Positions 39,652 through 52,771 of a stretch of DNA of 64,000 nt are shown in pieces (within the stretch, counting starts at the first letter, position 1; each line of letters opens with the position of its first letter). The notes beneath the pieces were generated by a model that saw only the letters and a program-made list of their open reading frames with translations, did no database searches and was not told the origin of the DNA. This DNA is from Lingula anatina (taxonomy: Eukaryota > Animalia > Brachiopoda): assembly GCA_051362555.1 (NCBI GenBank), contig CM120648.1, positions 15,186,587 to 15,250,586 of the forward strand. The letters are read 5' to 3'. Made by a program: the position numbers and the translations under genes.

Positions 39652-42093
39652 AGGGTTTGCTTCATGCCGTCAGAATGGCCTGAACGGAACATATTCTTCA
39701 GAAAACATGCCCAACTAACGATATCTTTATCCAAATACACAAATTAAAAGCTCATTTTGTAAATTTTTGGCTTTAAAAAACGTCCTATTTGCTCGGCCTG
39801 GGAGTTAATGAGCTACGTGGTCACGTGGTCCAATGACGACAATCGAGCCACTGGAGAACAGAGCGTGCTTAGCTGTCAAACTGAGCTGCATTGTCTACCT
39901 GTAAGATGACTTCTCTGGCTTCTGATAAAAGTTTATACTCATTCAAATCTCTTACCCGAGGGGTCTAAATCCTCGTGAAGCTGTGTAAAACCATTTCCCG
40001 TCTAGTCATTTCTTTAACAAGCATTTCATTATGGTTATCCCAAGTTGTATAAAACACTGAATTTGAATGAGTTAAGGGAAATGTTGATTATTGCATATGA
40101 GGTCCATGTTATTTGTGAAATTCAATTTATTTTATTAAACCGCCTCGCATACTTTTATTAAATTGAGGTAAACAATGCCCATTACCTTTACAAGTCCTAT
40201 CTTAATCATCCATCTAACTGGAACTTCCTTTACCTCTTAATTAGAGGGTTAAATGGCATTCAATTTGTCTTGCTTGTATCGAACGCACTCTCTATCTAAG
40301 CTTTACTCCAGTTATCTCAGGTAAAAATCTACCTGTGCGTTAGTTACAAAGCGCAGCTCCCGTAGACCTGGGGGTACTAGATAAAATCTGAACACCAGGT
40401 TTATCGAGGAGCTAGAGAAAGAAAGGAAGAATTTTTCCTGCACAACTTCATAGGAATTTTAACACGGACTTGATCCAGCCTAGACCTCCAAACTAACAGG
40501 GTGACATGGGCAATTTTCACAAACAAATCATAAAACTATATTTCAGTTAACCGCCTTTAAAATAAATATACCGTTCTGGGTAAATTAAAATAGTTATTAA
40601 ATCGCAAGAATATTTTTGACTTAAATGATGATTTTATTATTAATGGAAATTAAGCTACTATATGAGGTACATTTGCTGTGATTACGCTGTCCTTCATGTT
40701 TTGCGTAAGTCTACATTTTGCTGTATGTGCTTGTAATCTTTTTAAATATGTGCGTACAATTTTTGCAGGTCTGGTTACCCCCCTGTTATGTGATGAGAGT
40801 ATTAATTTGGCAATTAGTTCCTTAGCTTATTTGAATAGAATTGCAGTGTAAAATTTTCAACAAGATGTTGGCGAAATAGCCCATTACTCTTTGTAGGTAT
40901 TTGTCTAAAATTATCTTTCAATCTTTACTCTTTCAAAGACAGTAAAAAGTTACCTGACATATTTTCGTGTAAACTTAATGACAAGCCAAGTGTCTCCAGT
41001 TCATTCCGTACTCAATTTTACCCAAGCAAATTTTTTTCTTGAGTAGATCTTTATAGCACGGTGTTATAAGCTTACAAATTTGTAAAAAAAAAAAATTTGC
41101 GTACTGACGCAGAATTTGCGTTTCAAGTTATAAAATAATCAATCTTTTAAATTATTTAATATTTCAGATGAAATAATCTTCAGAAACAAATCCTCAAAGC
41201 ATAAACGAATTAGGATAACGAACCATTTTATTATAGCAGTTCCCATTTTTTCTTTAATATAACGCTCTTTTTCCTGTTTTTCCTCAACACGTTTTCTTCC
41301 ACGGAAGCTTCAAGATACCCTGAGAGCAATTTCTTTTATTAATGTTCGCGACCGTGTTTGAACTTAATTGTTTAAGTATTGATATTTAACGTCATTTACA
41401 AATACCAATAAAATAACCCCATGAAATAAATGAGATATATTGTAAAATATGAAAGCCCACCAAGACGAGTTTCATACCTGTTATTACCTGGCTTGGGAAT
41501 TACATTGCAGCGGGTCATAATTAACAGGTTTGTTGTAAACGAGCTTTTGGTCAACTACAATGCATTTAAAATGCATCAGCAATCAGTAAGTTTGCCAACT
41601 GATGACAGTTAATCTGAAAGACTATCAGCTCTTGATATGATCTAAACCACCTGAGGTGACCATGATCTAGAGCATCGCAACTATTGTCACCGAAGTTAGT
41701 AAGTAAGTCACGGAAGACCGTCACAGACAAAGAAAGATTGTCAACGAGAGCTGCAATTTTGGTGAATCCCACGGCAACACACCGAGGCATAACGAAAATT
41801 CCTCAACTCCGTTCAACACAACTTTCCTTAACTTCTCCGTCTGTATGCAACATGCAGCTCAGTTGAGTCTCATAGACCTTTATCGTGATTGTCGTCACAG
41901 TACCACGTGACCCAGATCTGTTGCTTCATTTTTGCATATTGAGGTGAGGTTTACTAAAACGCTTTTTTTCTACGAATAGATTGTTTTTATAATTTTTAAA
42001 TGGCGGGGTTCGATTAAAACATACCTCTAGTGTATAGATTGAGTGCTGTATCTTCAAAATTCGAGAAATGGATTTTTACATGAACATTGTCCT
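39652..42093. mobile_element. Decayed Kolobok-like element
   Basis: TTAA-AGG...CCT-TTAA ends; inverted GGTCACGTGGT....TGACGACAATC about 170-180 bp inside each end; THAP-like start MPRCVAVG on the minus strand at 41790. Confidence 0.55.
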
Positions 42094-44852
42094 TTAAGTC
42101 TTAATTTGCACGTGCCACCACTTAGTGTATTACATCATAGCGCTTTATTTGTCTCAGTAGTAATTTAGCAAGAGGCAAGCAACCAAAAAGTGTTTAGGCC
42201 TCAATGAGGTAAATTGTTCTCATTTATTTTTTTATGCAAGAAATAGCTGAATAATATGTGTATAATAGCAGTATAATAGTGCATTGTTTAATATAATGTT
42301 TATTCATCTTTATTTTCCATTTACAGTTTCACAGAAATTTAGGAAATGTACTTTATGGAAATATGCTAGAACTATGAAACTAAGAAAATATTATGAACAA
42401 TAAAATGGAAAATATAGAATTGGAAAATACTAGAACTTAGAAATATCATTCCCAATATGGTAGAAGGTATACGAGTTTAATGATATCTGATTTAGAAACA
42501 ACAGTGATTAAGTGCTATTTGTAGATGTGATATTTTTCAGTTGTTGAAATCCTGTGCATATATTACTGGCAGTAGTACTCGTACAACATATCAGTCATAC
42601 AACTCATTATGGATGCAAATAAGGAGGCAAAGAGGATTAATGCCAATCAAACTGAGGCATTCATAAAAGTACACAAAGGACCTGGTAATAAGGATGAGCT
42701 CATTTCAAACTTGTTGTAAAATGGACAATATTTGTTAAATTAAACAACACAAAATATGAGTAATTGTGTTTAGCAAGCCTCTAATGAACTTAATTTTTCT
42801 TTTACTTTAGATGCAATCAGAATGAAGGCATGAGGGCATCCCATTTGCAGACCTTGAAACGTTAGCCTCAGTTCAAGATGAAGGTATACTGTTTGAAGAA
42901 GCCATTTTTGTTTTGAGGAGGCAACACTTTCCTCACATGCATAACCCTTACCCTTTGTGTGCTGGTAAACCAATACGTGATTTCTGTGAAAATTGGAGTT
43001 CATTATTTATCAATGTCATTTTCAGAAACTAATAGAAGTATTAAGATAAACTTCATACTATTTTTATCTATTATATCAAGGCAAATCTGAAACAAAATCG
43101 GACTGCCTTAAGTCTTCGATAGCTACATCGATATTCCACGACAAAATTGAACAGTCTGAGAGGGAAAGAATTGATTTTAAAGTCATTTAATGGCTTTTGA
43201 AAGTGATGAAGTAACTGGTTCCTATTTATTAAATAAATACAAAACAGCTTTAAATCAAATTAAACAAGTATATCTCAGAGTATTTTATCTAATGCAGTTA
43301 GAGACAGAATGGAAATGTAACATGAAATTTTGTATGACTATTAATGACTTTAAAACAATCACATGACATACATATGAGTACCATACCACAGTAAAGTAAA
43401 GCATCATTGCAGAGTCAATGTAATTTCATCGTAGTTTCCAAAATAACTAAATAAATAAAAATAAACGCGTTAAGATTTTTTCTGCTACTTGGTAGGTTAC
43501 CTAGCAGTTTCAATAAAAAAAAACCTTTAAGAGATGGCCCAGTGTGACACTATGGCCAGTTTTTATAGTGATTGGTACTTCGTATTTCTGACAAGGTATC
43601 GGTTTTAAGTAATACTAATAGGTGAAGGGGTTATCTTTCAGCAGTTCCGTGATGGTGTTGCCTGCGTTTAGGAGGTGGTGTCTTTCCAGATTTGAGATTC
43701 AGCCCATGTGAAAAGTCTGCAACACTACAACCCTGGAAGATGGCACAGTGTGGCATATTACGACCTGACTCCTACACTGCACCACCCAAGCCCAAAGCAG
43801 ATCACCAGCACCAGAGTTAAGAGAGCACTGGCAGTGCATGGTACTAAGGCACCTCCAAAAGTTGCATCCAACAAAGATGAAGATGATGGGTGCAAGGAGG
43901 AGGAGGAGAACCTTCTTTACCAGGTATGTATGCATTGCTATATGTGGAGCAAGTGGTTATTAACAGAATGGCCAGACTGTATTGATATCGCACAGACTTA
44001 AATGCTATTGAAATGGATCTTTATAATTATATTTTGGCTAACTGAAAAGAATTGCAAACTGGAAGAAGAGGTTGCAACTCTACGCAGAGTAATAGACAAT
44101 ATGAGAGGTGACTTTTTTTCTTTTCTAATCTATGTGTACTTTTAACATATGGATTGTGACATGTTTTGTTTTGAAATTGCATATGTTTTAACACTTATGA
44201 TGAAATCTTGGATCTACTTTTAAAGCCATGGCAAGTTGCTTAAGAATATTTCTGGTTATCTAGCTTGAAAATACATTTTAAACATTGTACCAAAATACTT
44301 TTTATCTAACTAATGAATGCACTCCTTCCTTATGTAATATAAAAAATGAAAATTATGGCAAAGCCTTTATGGTACATTCTGTTTCAGAATTTGTTAAGAA
44401 ATGTGCTTTTTAATGACAAAATTAATAGAATACCACTAATGTGGATTATCCGAAATATATTTATTCTTAACTTTCACCAGAAGAGTTGTTATTTGCTTAA
44501 TAATTTAAATGACTGTGTGAAATGTCAACATAAATATTGATTTTACTAATCAGGATTGGTGTCAGTAGAGAAGTTGGTCAGGGATCTCTCAACACCTGTG
44601 AGCAGAGTGCAGGCATTCAGCTTTGGAAGGTCAGCGCCACCCACTCTGTCAACTCTGTCTGTCCAGCCAATCCTATTCCTCCACACTATTTGCTCAAAAA
44701 TCAAGAGTGAGAAAGGAATCTACCAGCTCTGCATGCTCTGATAATGAGGATGAACACATAGTAAACATTGATTTCATCTATATAAATGAATTTGTAATGT
44801 ACATATTTCAGAATAATTTTTCAGTGAAAAGGCAGCTTACTTACATCTCTAT

Positions 44853-45099
44853 GGGCGCATTCTCATCAAGATCTGCGGCTCAGCTAAGTCATGGCTCAGG
44901 TATGGTGGACAGTAGATGAAAAGAAGACCGTCTAATCCTGTATTGCTTTCTCCGCCTCTTTACACTGGAGCTGAGATTTAATTACTATACCCCTGCAAGG
45001 ACAATGCGGGTTGAGTCACGTCCTTTTTTTCATCTACTGTCGACAATATTTGAGTCATGGCTTAGCTGAGCTGCTGACTATCTTGATGAGAATGCGGTC
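44853..45099. mobile_element. Palindromic MITE with 3-bp TSD (Harbinger-like)
   Basis: CGCATTCTCATCAAGAT/ATCTTGATGAGAATGCG inverted ends; TAT on both flanks. Confidence 0.75.
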
Positions 45100-45286
45100 T
45101 ATGATTTGGCAAATTGCATTTACTTTTTTTGCAACAATTCATCAGTGGAATGGACTTTTCATAACCTTTTATCTCCATAACTGACAGACATAAGTCCACA
45201 TAAACTGTTGAACTTGATTAGCAAATCTAAATACTTACTGACTTTTACAAGGAATCTGAAAGCTACCTGATTTTTATGGGGAATCA

Positions 45287-45319
45287 GTCTGTACATTTAA
45301 CAGCTTTGCTGCCTTGTTT
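45287..45319 (+). mobile_element. HINE 3-prime terminus, same family as 176-3695
   Basis: GTCTGTACATTTAACAGCTTTGCTGCCTTGTTT is the reverse complement of 176-208 with one mismatch. Confidence 0.75.
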
Positions 45320-46367
45320 GTATTTAGAATTATTTTTGTTAGAATTTTATATGTGTTAATTTGGTAGTTGAATATGTATCTATATTGTTGATGTCTGTTA
45401 ATCCAGCTTGCTTATCCATAAAGGTGTAAGTCATTGATATTTTCTGTTGTCTTTGTAGGTACTGCTTCACCCGGGCTTAAATATCAGAAGGGAGCAAAAG
45501 CAAGTTCTGGATTTGAACAGAGATCCAACAAAATTTATTTATGTGTTAATGGACATGGTCTGGCCAAGGGAAGTTTTAGCAACTCATTCACTCACTGGCA
45601 GGAGCTCTAATGCTCACAAAGAGAAGATGGTGAAGCCATAGATTGACCAGGCAAAGGTGGCGACACTGTGTGGTAAGCAAAACTTCATTTCTACAAAAGC
45701 AGACAAAACTTATTGTCTCAGAAATCCTTATGTTCTGATAATAATTTAGATTGTGCAATAATACTGCTTACTGGGTTCCATTTGTATAAATCTCTAGCAG
45801 TCAGTATCGCTTTTAAACATTTTGGTTCTTTATATTTTTTTTACAAATTATGCAGCTTTAATCCCTTCTCTTGGATAAAATGCAGTTCACTGATAAAGAC
45901 AATGAATTGCTCGAAACAGAATTGGTGCAATTATTATTATTTATCTGATTAGAAAAATTTTCCTTCATTATTTTGCATTTTTGTAGACAACTAACTGAAG
46001 TTCACGTCTTTCTTTCAGAATACATCTGCAGACATTTCAACACAACTAATATGGAAGTAAAGAAGGCTATAACAGCAAAGCTGAACAATGTACAAAAGAC
46101 TTATGTCTGAAACACTTGATTTAAGTGACTATATATACAGCAGTATGCTGATCGACAATGGACACAACACCGTAAAAATCTGCAAATATCAATGAAACAA
46201 TTTTCTAGTATGCATACCATTCTGTTGAAGATGTACGTACATTTATACATATTGAATAAAGAATATAAACATGATACTCTTTTGTTTTGAGGGACCAGAG
46301 CTACCAATTTCGCCAATAACTCAACAATATATAAAGAGCTGTAAAATATTCTTAGCAGTTAATATGA

Positions 46368-46550
46368 TTTCCTATAGGATCCTAAAAGGTTTCCTATAAG
46401 ATTTTCTATAGGACCCTATAAGATATCCTATAGGAAAATGGGACAATTTCCTATAGGAAATCCTATAGGATCCTATAAGATTTCCTATAGGGTCCTATAG
46501 GAAATTCTATAAGAAATCTTATAGGATCCTATAGGAAATTTTCCTAAGGG
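46368..46550. repeat. Second TCCTATAGGA array ending in TTTTCCTAAGGG
   Basis: 7 perfect CCTATAGG plus variants; terminus matches 36926-36937. Confidence 0.95.
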
Positions 46551-46840
46551 AAATAAAACATAGAACTTCTAAAACGAGGCACTGCTTATGGAGATAGTGA
46601 CTGCTAGTTATTTTTAGAAAGCTGTGCAGTGGCGAGATCATGGATTGACATTGTGTGTAACAACGTACGCGGTGTGATTATTTTATGTAGAAAAAGTTAT
46701 AATTTTCAGTTAACTAGAATAAAAAATATTTTTAGTAGTGATTTACCTCTATGAGACAGTGTTTTTGACAAATTTAAGAGTGGCGCTTGAGAATTTTAGT
46801 GAGGCGCCTGCCTCGCTGCTGTGAATGCAGGGGAAACACT

Positions 46841-47547
46841 GCTTTCAACCTGGTACCTGAGAGGACCATCCACAAAAAGGGGGAGAAAGATGTTCAAATC
46901 TTAACAAATGGAGCTGAGAAAAGACACTTTACAGTAGTGCAGGCAGTAGCTGCTGACAGCGCTAAACTAGCATCCATGATAATTTTCAAAGGAATAAAAC
47001 TGCAATAGTAAAACATAATAGCACTAAATGTAGGTGGTATGAAATGTAGTTTTTAATTAAAACTATATATTTTAAAATGAATATCACTTCTTGAACAATG
47101 TACCACCAAATCAATTTAGTACATAAGTAAACTGTTGAAGTAATTACTGAAATTATATTTTTTAAAACAAAGCAATACCCATCATATTTTACCTGTAAAA
47201 TAGTTGCCAGTTAATATGCCAATATAAATATTTTGTGTCAAATGTGTAAAAATATATTATAACACCAGCTTTCAGAGCTTTACAACTAATTTGGTTTTAA
47301 TTTGAGCTGTTATTTAATTCATTCATTTTCAGGATCAAGTCAGTTATCCCTCCAGCCTCCTCCAGGATGGATGACAGAACTGATGGTCAAGTGGCTCCAA
47401 CACACCCTTAGGCCCTACATCTACAGACACCCAGCCCTACTGATCCTGGATGCTTGTTCAGCCCATACAACTGAGAAAGTCAGGAACATGGCGTGCAAAA
47501 ACAATGCCACCATGGCTGTCATCACTGGGGGCTGTATGTCTGGGGCC
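46841..47547 (+). pseudogene. pogo-type (DDE_1) transposase fragment, copy 1
   Basis: TNGAEKRHFTVVQAVAAD..KLASMIIFKG; GWMTELMVKWL; LLILDACSAH; AVITGGC. Confidence 0.85.
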
Positions 47548-48340
47548 ACATCAACTAAAAGATCGCACTGTGGAACTCGTGTTGGGTGCTTCAGCTGGGG
47601 AAGTTTATACGAAGTTGGTGACAGAAGAACCTCAAAATGCGCCGAGAGACATAAAGCAGGTTCAACATATAAAGTACAAGCGCAAAAGAAATGAAATTCC
47701 CTGCGAAATACATCCTAATAATGCAGATAATATTCAAACAATTCAATCAACGATGATGGATCATGAAATGATTCAGGAAATAATACAGAGTAAGACCACT
47801 GGCAAGAAACAATGGGAGCCACCATCAGTCACTGAAGATCAGCTACAGGAGTTACACACTGTGTGCTTGAGAGGTAAAAAAAAGCAGCTGTTTTGGGGTA
47901 GACAAAACTTTCAATATTGGGGCCTGCTATGTTATGACAATTGTGTACAAAAACGCAAAACTTATTAGATGGAAGACACAGCATCCGCCCATTTTCTGAA
48001 GGCCAATTTTCCTACATTGCAATGGGGAATTTGAGACATAACAACGCTTTTTTTCTCATCTTCAGGCAAAAACAGGAAAAGATCTTGTTACCTTGACAAT
48101 AGCATGTTTACCTTGGCCTTTTCAAATCTAATAGTTGGTTCGGACAAAGAGAAAGCGCTTATAAATGCATTGGAAATGTGCTCGCGCCATTTGGAGGAAA
48201 AAACTCGACATCATCTAATACAGTTACATGTGCACAATAAAGTAAAACAAGATATAGCTAGGGACATTTTCAGTCAACAGGGGCAACTCAGGGCTGACAG
48301 GGGCTCCTCTGAAGTGAAGAGGAGTATGACTTCAATAGCA
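47548..48340 (+). pseudogene. MULE transposase fragment
   Basis: APRDIKQV, GVDKTFNIGACYV, PIFLH, FFSHLQ, IVGSDKEKALINAL, CSRHLEE. Confidence 0.7.
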
Positions 48341-48409
48341 AAGTAATCCGTATAGTAATCAAATCCCAGTTCTGATTGAGTTTTCTACATTCTCCTGGTG
48401 CTTTGAAGA

Positions 48410-48635
48410 TGTTCTCAAGCACAAGTTGGTGGGTTTTGGTGCCAGTGTTATGGCTGGAAAAACTGGTGGTGTCTCAGCACTGCTTAAGAAAATTGCATGG
48501 CCCATAGTTTGAAAAAGTTTCACATAGATGCCATCAAGGGTATAAAGGATCGGTTTATGATGCTTTTATTGTACTTCTGATGGAGTTGTATTACTTCTAT
48601 AGGAATTCACCCAAGCAATGTGGGCAGTTGAGAAA
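48410..48635 (+). pseudogene. hAT transposase fragment (ZNF862-like)
   Basis: KLVGFGASVMAGKTGGVSALLK, CMAHSL, LYYFYRNSPKQ. Confidence 0.65.
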
Positions 48636-50029
48636 ATATTTTTTGTGTGATTTTTGGAATTTATTAAAAGTTATTTGGCTTTATTCTAGCTTTGCCTGCT
48701 GCATTTCACATGCAGTGACTCTCATGCGACCTATATCATTATCATATGGATATAGCAATCAAATTTTTATTGGTTCTTATCATGATTATGCAACCTGATC
48801 AATGAAAAGCAAATAAAATAAAATAGACAGATAAATGAGATAAAAGAAATTGTATAGTTCTAGTAAATAGTGGGTTGAAATGCCTGCAAGTAAGGGGGTG
48901 ATCACTGATGGTGGACCAAGAAAAGTCTAGTTTGTCGGAAGATAAGGGAGAGTCACTGACCTCTAGGGGACCCAAGGGACTCCCCTCTTTACTATCAAGT
49001 ATTTGAAATGGGAATAGCATGCTGATAATAGGGAGATGAGTTTCCACTGTCCTCTGACACTCAAGGTTGGGAAAGGCCTTGCTCAATATTGGCCTAACTT
49101 TTGACTGATCTGGATTCTAAAATTACATTAAATTTTACATTTTTGACAAATTGGCATTTTACATAACATTTTTTTCTTTATTTTTGAATGTGAATGTTGT
49201 ATTTGAATACATTCCATGATAGTGTAACTTGTAATATATTTTATTCCAGAGTTGAACAAGGAATTAACTCTTAATCCTGCTATCGATATGGAACAATTTT
49301 AGATATAGCCAACATGAATCATAACTGGCACGTTACACTGTCTATTTGATATATTTTCTAGCAAAATAATAATGTAGTAGTAGTACTTGATTTCTTATTT
49401 TGTTATTTATTTTATCATATTTTCAGTCTATTCCGTTTGTATATTTCTGTTCCTTATTTTCAGTCTTCCCTGATATCTTTCTTATTCCCTGTTTTCTGTC
49501 TTTATACGTTCTTGCTTTTCATTGGTTCAAAGTCTCTAAACGCTAATTTCCTTTGTCTGTTTCCTCTCTTTCTCTCTTTACATCTCGTGGGCTGACATTG
49601 TTTTTCTTTACAGGTAAAATTTTCTTTTTATCTTTCATTTTGTATTAAGTTACATATTATTTTATTAACCCTCATTATTTAGTTATTATTATCAATTTAA
49701 TGTTTACTTTAATGTTTTATTTGGTAAACTTAGTAAACTCTGTAATTTATAAAGAATAAAATGACTCTCTCTTTACGTCTCGTGGGCTGACATTGTTTTT
49801 CTTTACAGAACAGTAATAAAATCTGTTACAATAATGATAGTAAATAAATCAAAAACATTAAACATGTGATCATGATATAATTCTAATTAACAGAAATGTA
49901 ATATTTTCAGAGGGCATTGTCATCAAAGATCACATTGCTTCATCTTGAATTTTACTATACTTAAGATACCTGTCCCTCTCCTCCATACATAAATTGATTG
50001 GTAAACATTCCACTTCAGTTGGCCATCAA

Positions 50030-50240
50030 AAAGACCAATACTGCATCCATGTCAAACAAGAGAACATAACTGTGGGTCACCTGCCGAAAGAGATTTCTAG
50101 GGAATGTTTCCACTTTCTTCTGCATGGTGGAGCTATCTGGGTGGAGGTTACCAAGAGGGTGGGTGGGAAGTAACTTATGTTCTATTCTCTTCTGAGAATC
50201 TGAACCTTCTGAAGAGGATGAAGGATCTGCTGACAGTTGT
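50030..50240 (+). pseudogene. HIRAN-like domain fragment
   Basis: TVGHLPKEISRECFHFLLHGGAIWVEVT. Confidence 0.5.
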
Positions 50241-50399
50241 TACTAGGGAATTGTAACAGGACAGACAGGAAGCCAGACAGTGCTTGTGAAATGTCACCAA
50301 ACGGCCCTTTTCAGGGCCACTACATATTGAGAAAAATGATCGTATCATTGTGTTCTGAAAAGTCAAATATAGTATTATATTTGACTTCAATGCTTCCAA

Positions 50400-51395
50400 G
50401 GGGTGGGGTAAGAACTACTTAAAAGGACACAGTTTGTCAATCAGAGCCTCAACCATCAAGAGCCAGTGCATACTGAACTACCTTGAGGAGAGACTGGACA
50501 TCTTTTACTCACATCTTTGGGAGATCAACAAAGAACAAGAGTTTGATGCCCCATTCATCATCAATATGGATGAAGTACCCATGACTTTCAACCTGGTACC
50601 TGAGAGAACCATCCACAAAAAGGGGTAGAAAGATGTTTGAATCTTAACAAATGGAGCTGAGAAGAGACACTTTACAGTAGTGCAGGCAGTGGCTGCTGAT
50701 GGCGGTAAACTAGCATCCATGATAATTTCAAAGGAATAAAAACTGCAATATTAAAACATAATAGCACTAAATGTAGGTGGTATGAAATGTATTTTAATAA
50801 CAAATATTGCTTCTTGACCAATGCACCACCTAATAAATCTAGTACAAAAGTAAACTATACACCACTATTTTATTTATTATTAAATGATATAATTTGTTTT
50901 TCATTTGTGCTGTTATTAAATTTATTCATTTTCTATCCTTTCAGGATCACGTCAGCTATCCCTTAAGTCTCCTACAGTGTGGATGGTTGAAGTAAACCCA
51001 AGGGGTGGAAGACAAGATCTGATGGTCAAGTGGTTCCAATTCATCCTGAGACCCTACACTGACAGACGCCCAGCTCTGCTGATACTGAATGTGTTTTCAA
51101 CTCAAAAGACTGAGAAAGTCAGAGACATGGGGGGGGGGGGGGGGGGGGGGAAGACAATGCCATTATGGCTGTTATTCCTGGGGGCTGTGCATCAAGGGCC
51201 CAGTCCCTACATGTGTGCTTGAATTGGTCATTCAAAGTGCACCTCAGGAAAGCGTGGACTGAGCCAATGTGGCAGTAAACTATGGAAGTTTGACAAGCCA
51301 GCAAACAGGATGTCAACGCATGGGTAGCATCGGCTTGGAGCAATGGCAGCTCTGAGATAATAATCAAGTCATTCAAAACAACAAAAATCATCAGC
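50400..51395 (+). pseudogene. pogo-type (DDE_1) transposase fragment, copy 2
   Basis: IINMDEVPMTFNL...; highly similar to 46841-47547 including the start of the intervening sequence; SKQDVNAWVASAW..IIKSFK. Confidence 0.85.
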
Positions 51396-51641
51396 TCCTT
51401 GGAGGAGGAGGGATCCTGTCCACTATCAATATTGTTCCAGATGTTTTCATTAGCAGTGATGATAAGGACAATGACATTGTGGGGTTTGTAACTGACATAG
51501 TAGATGACAATGATGACACTTTTAGTGATCTAAGATATTTCCATAGTGTGAACAAAAGCTGTTATTCAAATGTTGACTATTGATATTTGAAAATTTCTAA
51601 TTTTTTTCATTCTGCAGGTTATGGAAGATGATGAAATGGAA

Positions 51642-51876
51642 GAAGAGGATGACAAGGGGTACGAGGACGGAGAAGAAGCAGAAGAGGATGACAAGGGGTA
51701 TGAGGACGGAGAAGAAGCAGAAGAGGATGACAAGGGGTATGAGGATGGAGAAGAAGCAGAAGAGGATGACAAGGGGTATGAGGACAAAGAAGCAGAAGAG
51801 GATGACAAGGGGCATGAGGACAAAGAAGCAGAAGAGGATGACAAGGGGTATGAGGACGGAGAAGAAGCAGAAGAGG
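51642..51876. repeat. 39/36-bp minisatellite, 6 copies (EEDDKGYEDGEEA in one frame)
   Basis: Seen directly; follows a CTGCAG acceptor-like site. Confidence 0.9.
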
Positions 51877-52046
51877 AACCAGTGGAAAAAGACTGTTGTA
51901 CTGGTAGAATACACTCGGTAAAGGATGTACCTGGGAATTATGGATATAAATACAGTGATTACATAATTAAGGATGTGAAAAGACAAACTGTGAACTTTTT
52001 ATTTACACATCCCACTAATGTACACAGTGTGCATTACAGCAACTAT

Positions 52047-52396
52047 GTAGACAGTAATGACTGGGATGGTTATCTCCAGGGCATGGCAAGTATATCTTGG
52101 TAGACAGTAATGACTGGGATGGTTATCTCCAGGGCATGGCAAGTATATCTTGGTAGACAGTAATGACTGGGATGGTTATCTCCAGGGCATTGCAAGTATA
52201 TCTTGGTAGACAGTAATGACTGGGATGGTTATCTCCAGGGCATGGCAAGTATATCTTGGTAGACAGTAATGACTGGGATGGTTATCTCCAGGGCATTGCA
52301 AGTATATCTTGGTAGACAGTAATGACTGGGATGGTTATCTCCAGGGCATTGCAAGTATATCTTGGTAGACAGTAATGACTGGGATGGATATCTCCA
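52047..52396. repeat. 53-bp minisatellite, about 6.6 copies
   Basis: Unit GTAGACAGTAATGACTGGGATGGTTATCTCCAGGGCATKGCAAGTATATCTTG. Confidence 0.97.
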
Positions 52397-52459
52397 TACT
52401 TCTTTAATTCCATTCTATTTCTTAAATTTTTTTGCAAAAAATATTTTCAACTTTCTTTT

Positions 52460-52730
52460 AGAGTGAATTCAGTCTCTAATTTTTAAAAGGACTGATAAAG
52501 ATATTAAAAGAAAGTGGCAGGATCTGGCAAGTGTGTGTAAAAAAAGAGAGGCTGCAAGGAGGTGTGAAATGACAAAGACTGGAGGAGGTACCAACCCCAT
52601 TCTTCCAACATCCTTCAAAAATATTCATTTAACACTGATTGTATTCATTCATAGATTATTGCAGTCCTTGGAAGAGACGCAGTGGAAGGATTCCCTGGGG
52701 GCCAGGACACATTTTTAAGTCCTAGTACGT
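52460..52730 (+). pseudogene. Myb/SANT-like (Harbinger accessory, NAIF1-like) exons
   Basis: RVNSVSNFKRTDKDIKRKWQDLASVCKKREAARRCEMTKTGGG, then IIAVLGRDAVEGFPGGQDT. Confidence 0.7.
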
Positions 52731-52737
52731 ATGGTTA

Positions 52738-52771
<34 letters not shown>

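Larger units (their letters stand above)
43690..46110 (+). pseudogene. Multi-exon coiled-coil plus BEN-domain gene, copy 2, with a premature stop
   Basis: Exons 45459-45672 (214 nt, same length as copy 1, TAG in place of Q) and 46019-46110. Probable upstream exons at about 43690-43923, 44036-44107 (KLEEEVATLRRVIDNMR) and 44554-44760. Confidence 0.7.

Noticed and set aside
51621-52103. Acidic 160-aa host protein
   Set aside because: Mostly minisatellite, runs into another array, and has no recognisable domain.
22654-52396. CRISPR-like appearance of the 45, 47, 53 and 71-bp arrays
   Set aside because: The units are head-to-tail with no unique spacers, there are no cas genes, and the context is eukaryotic.
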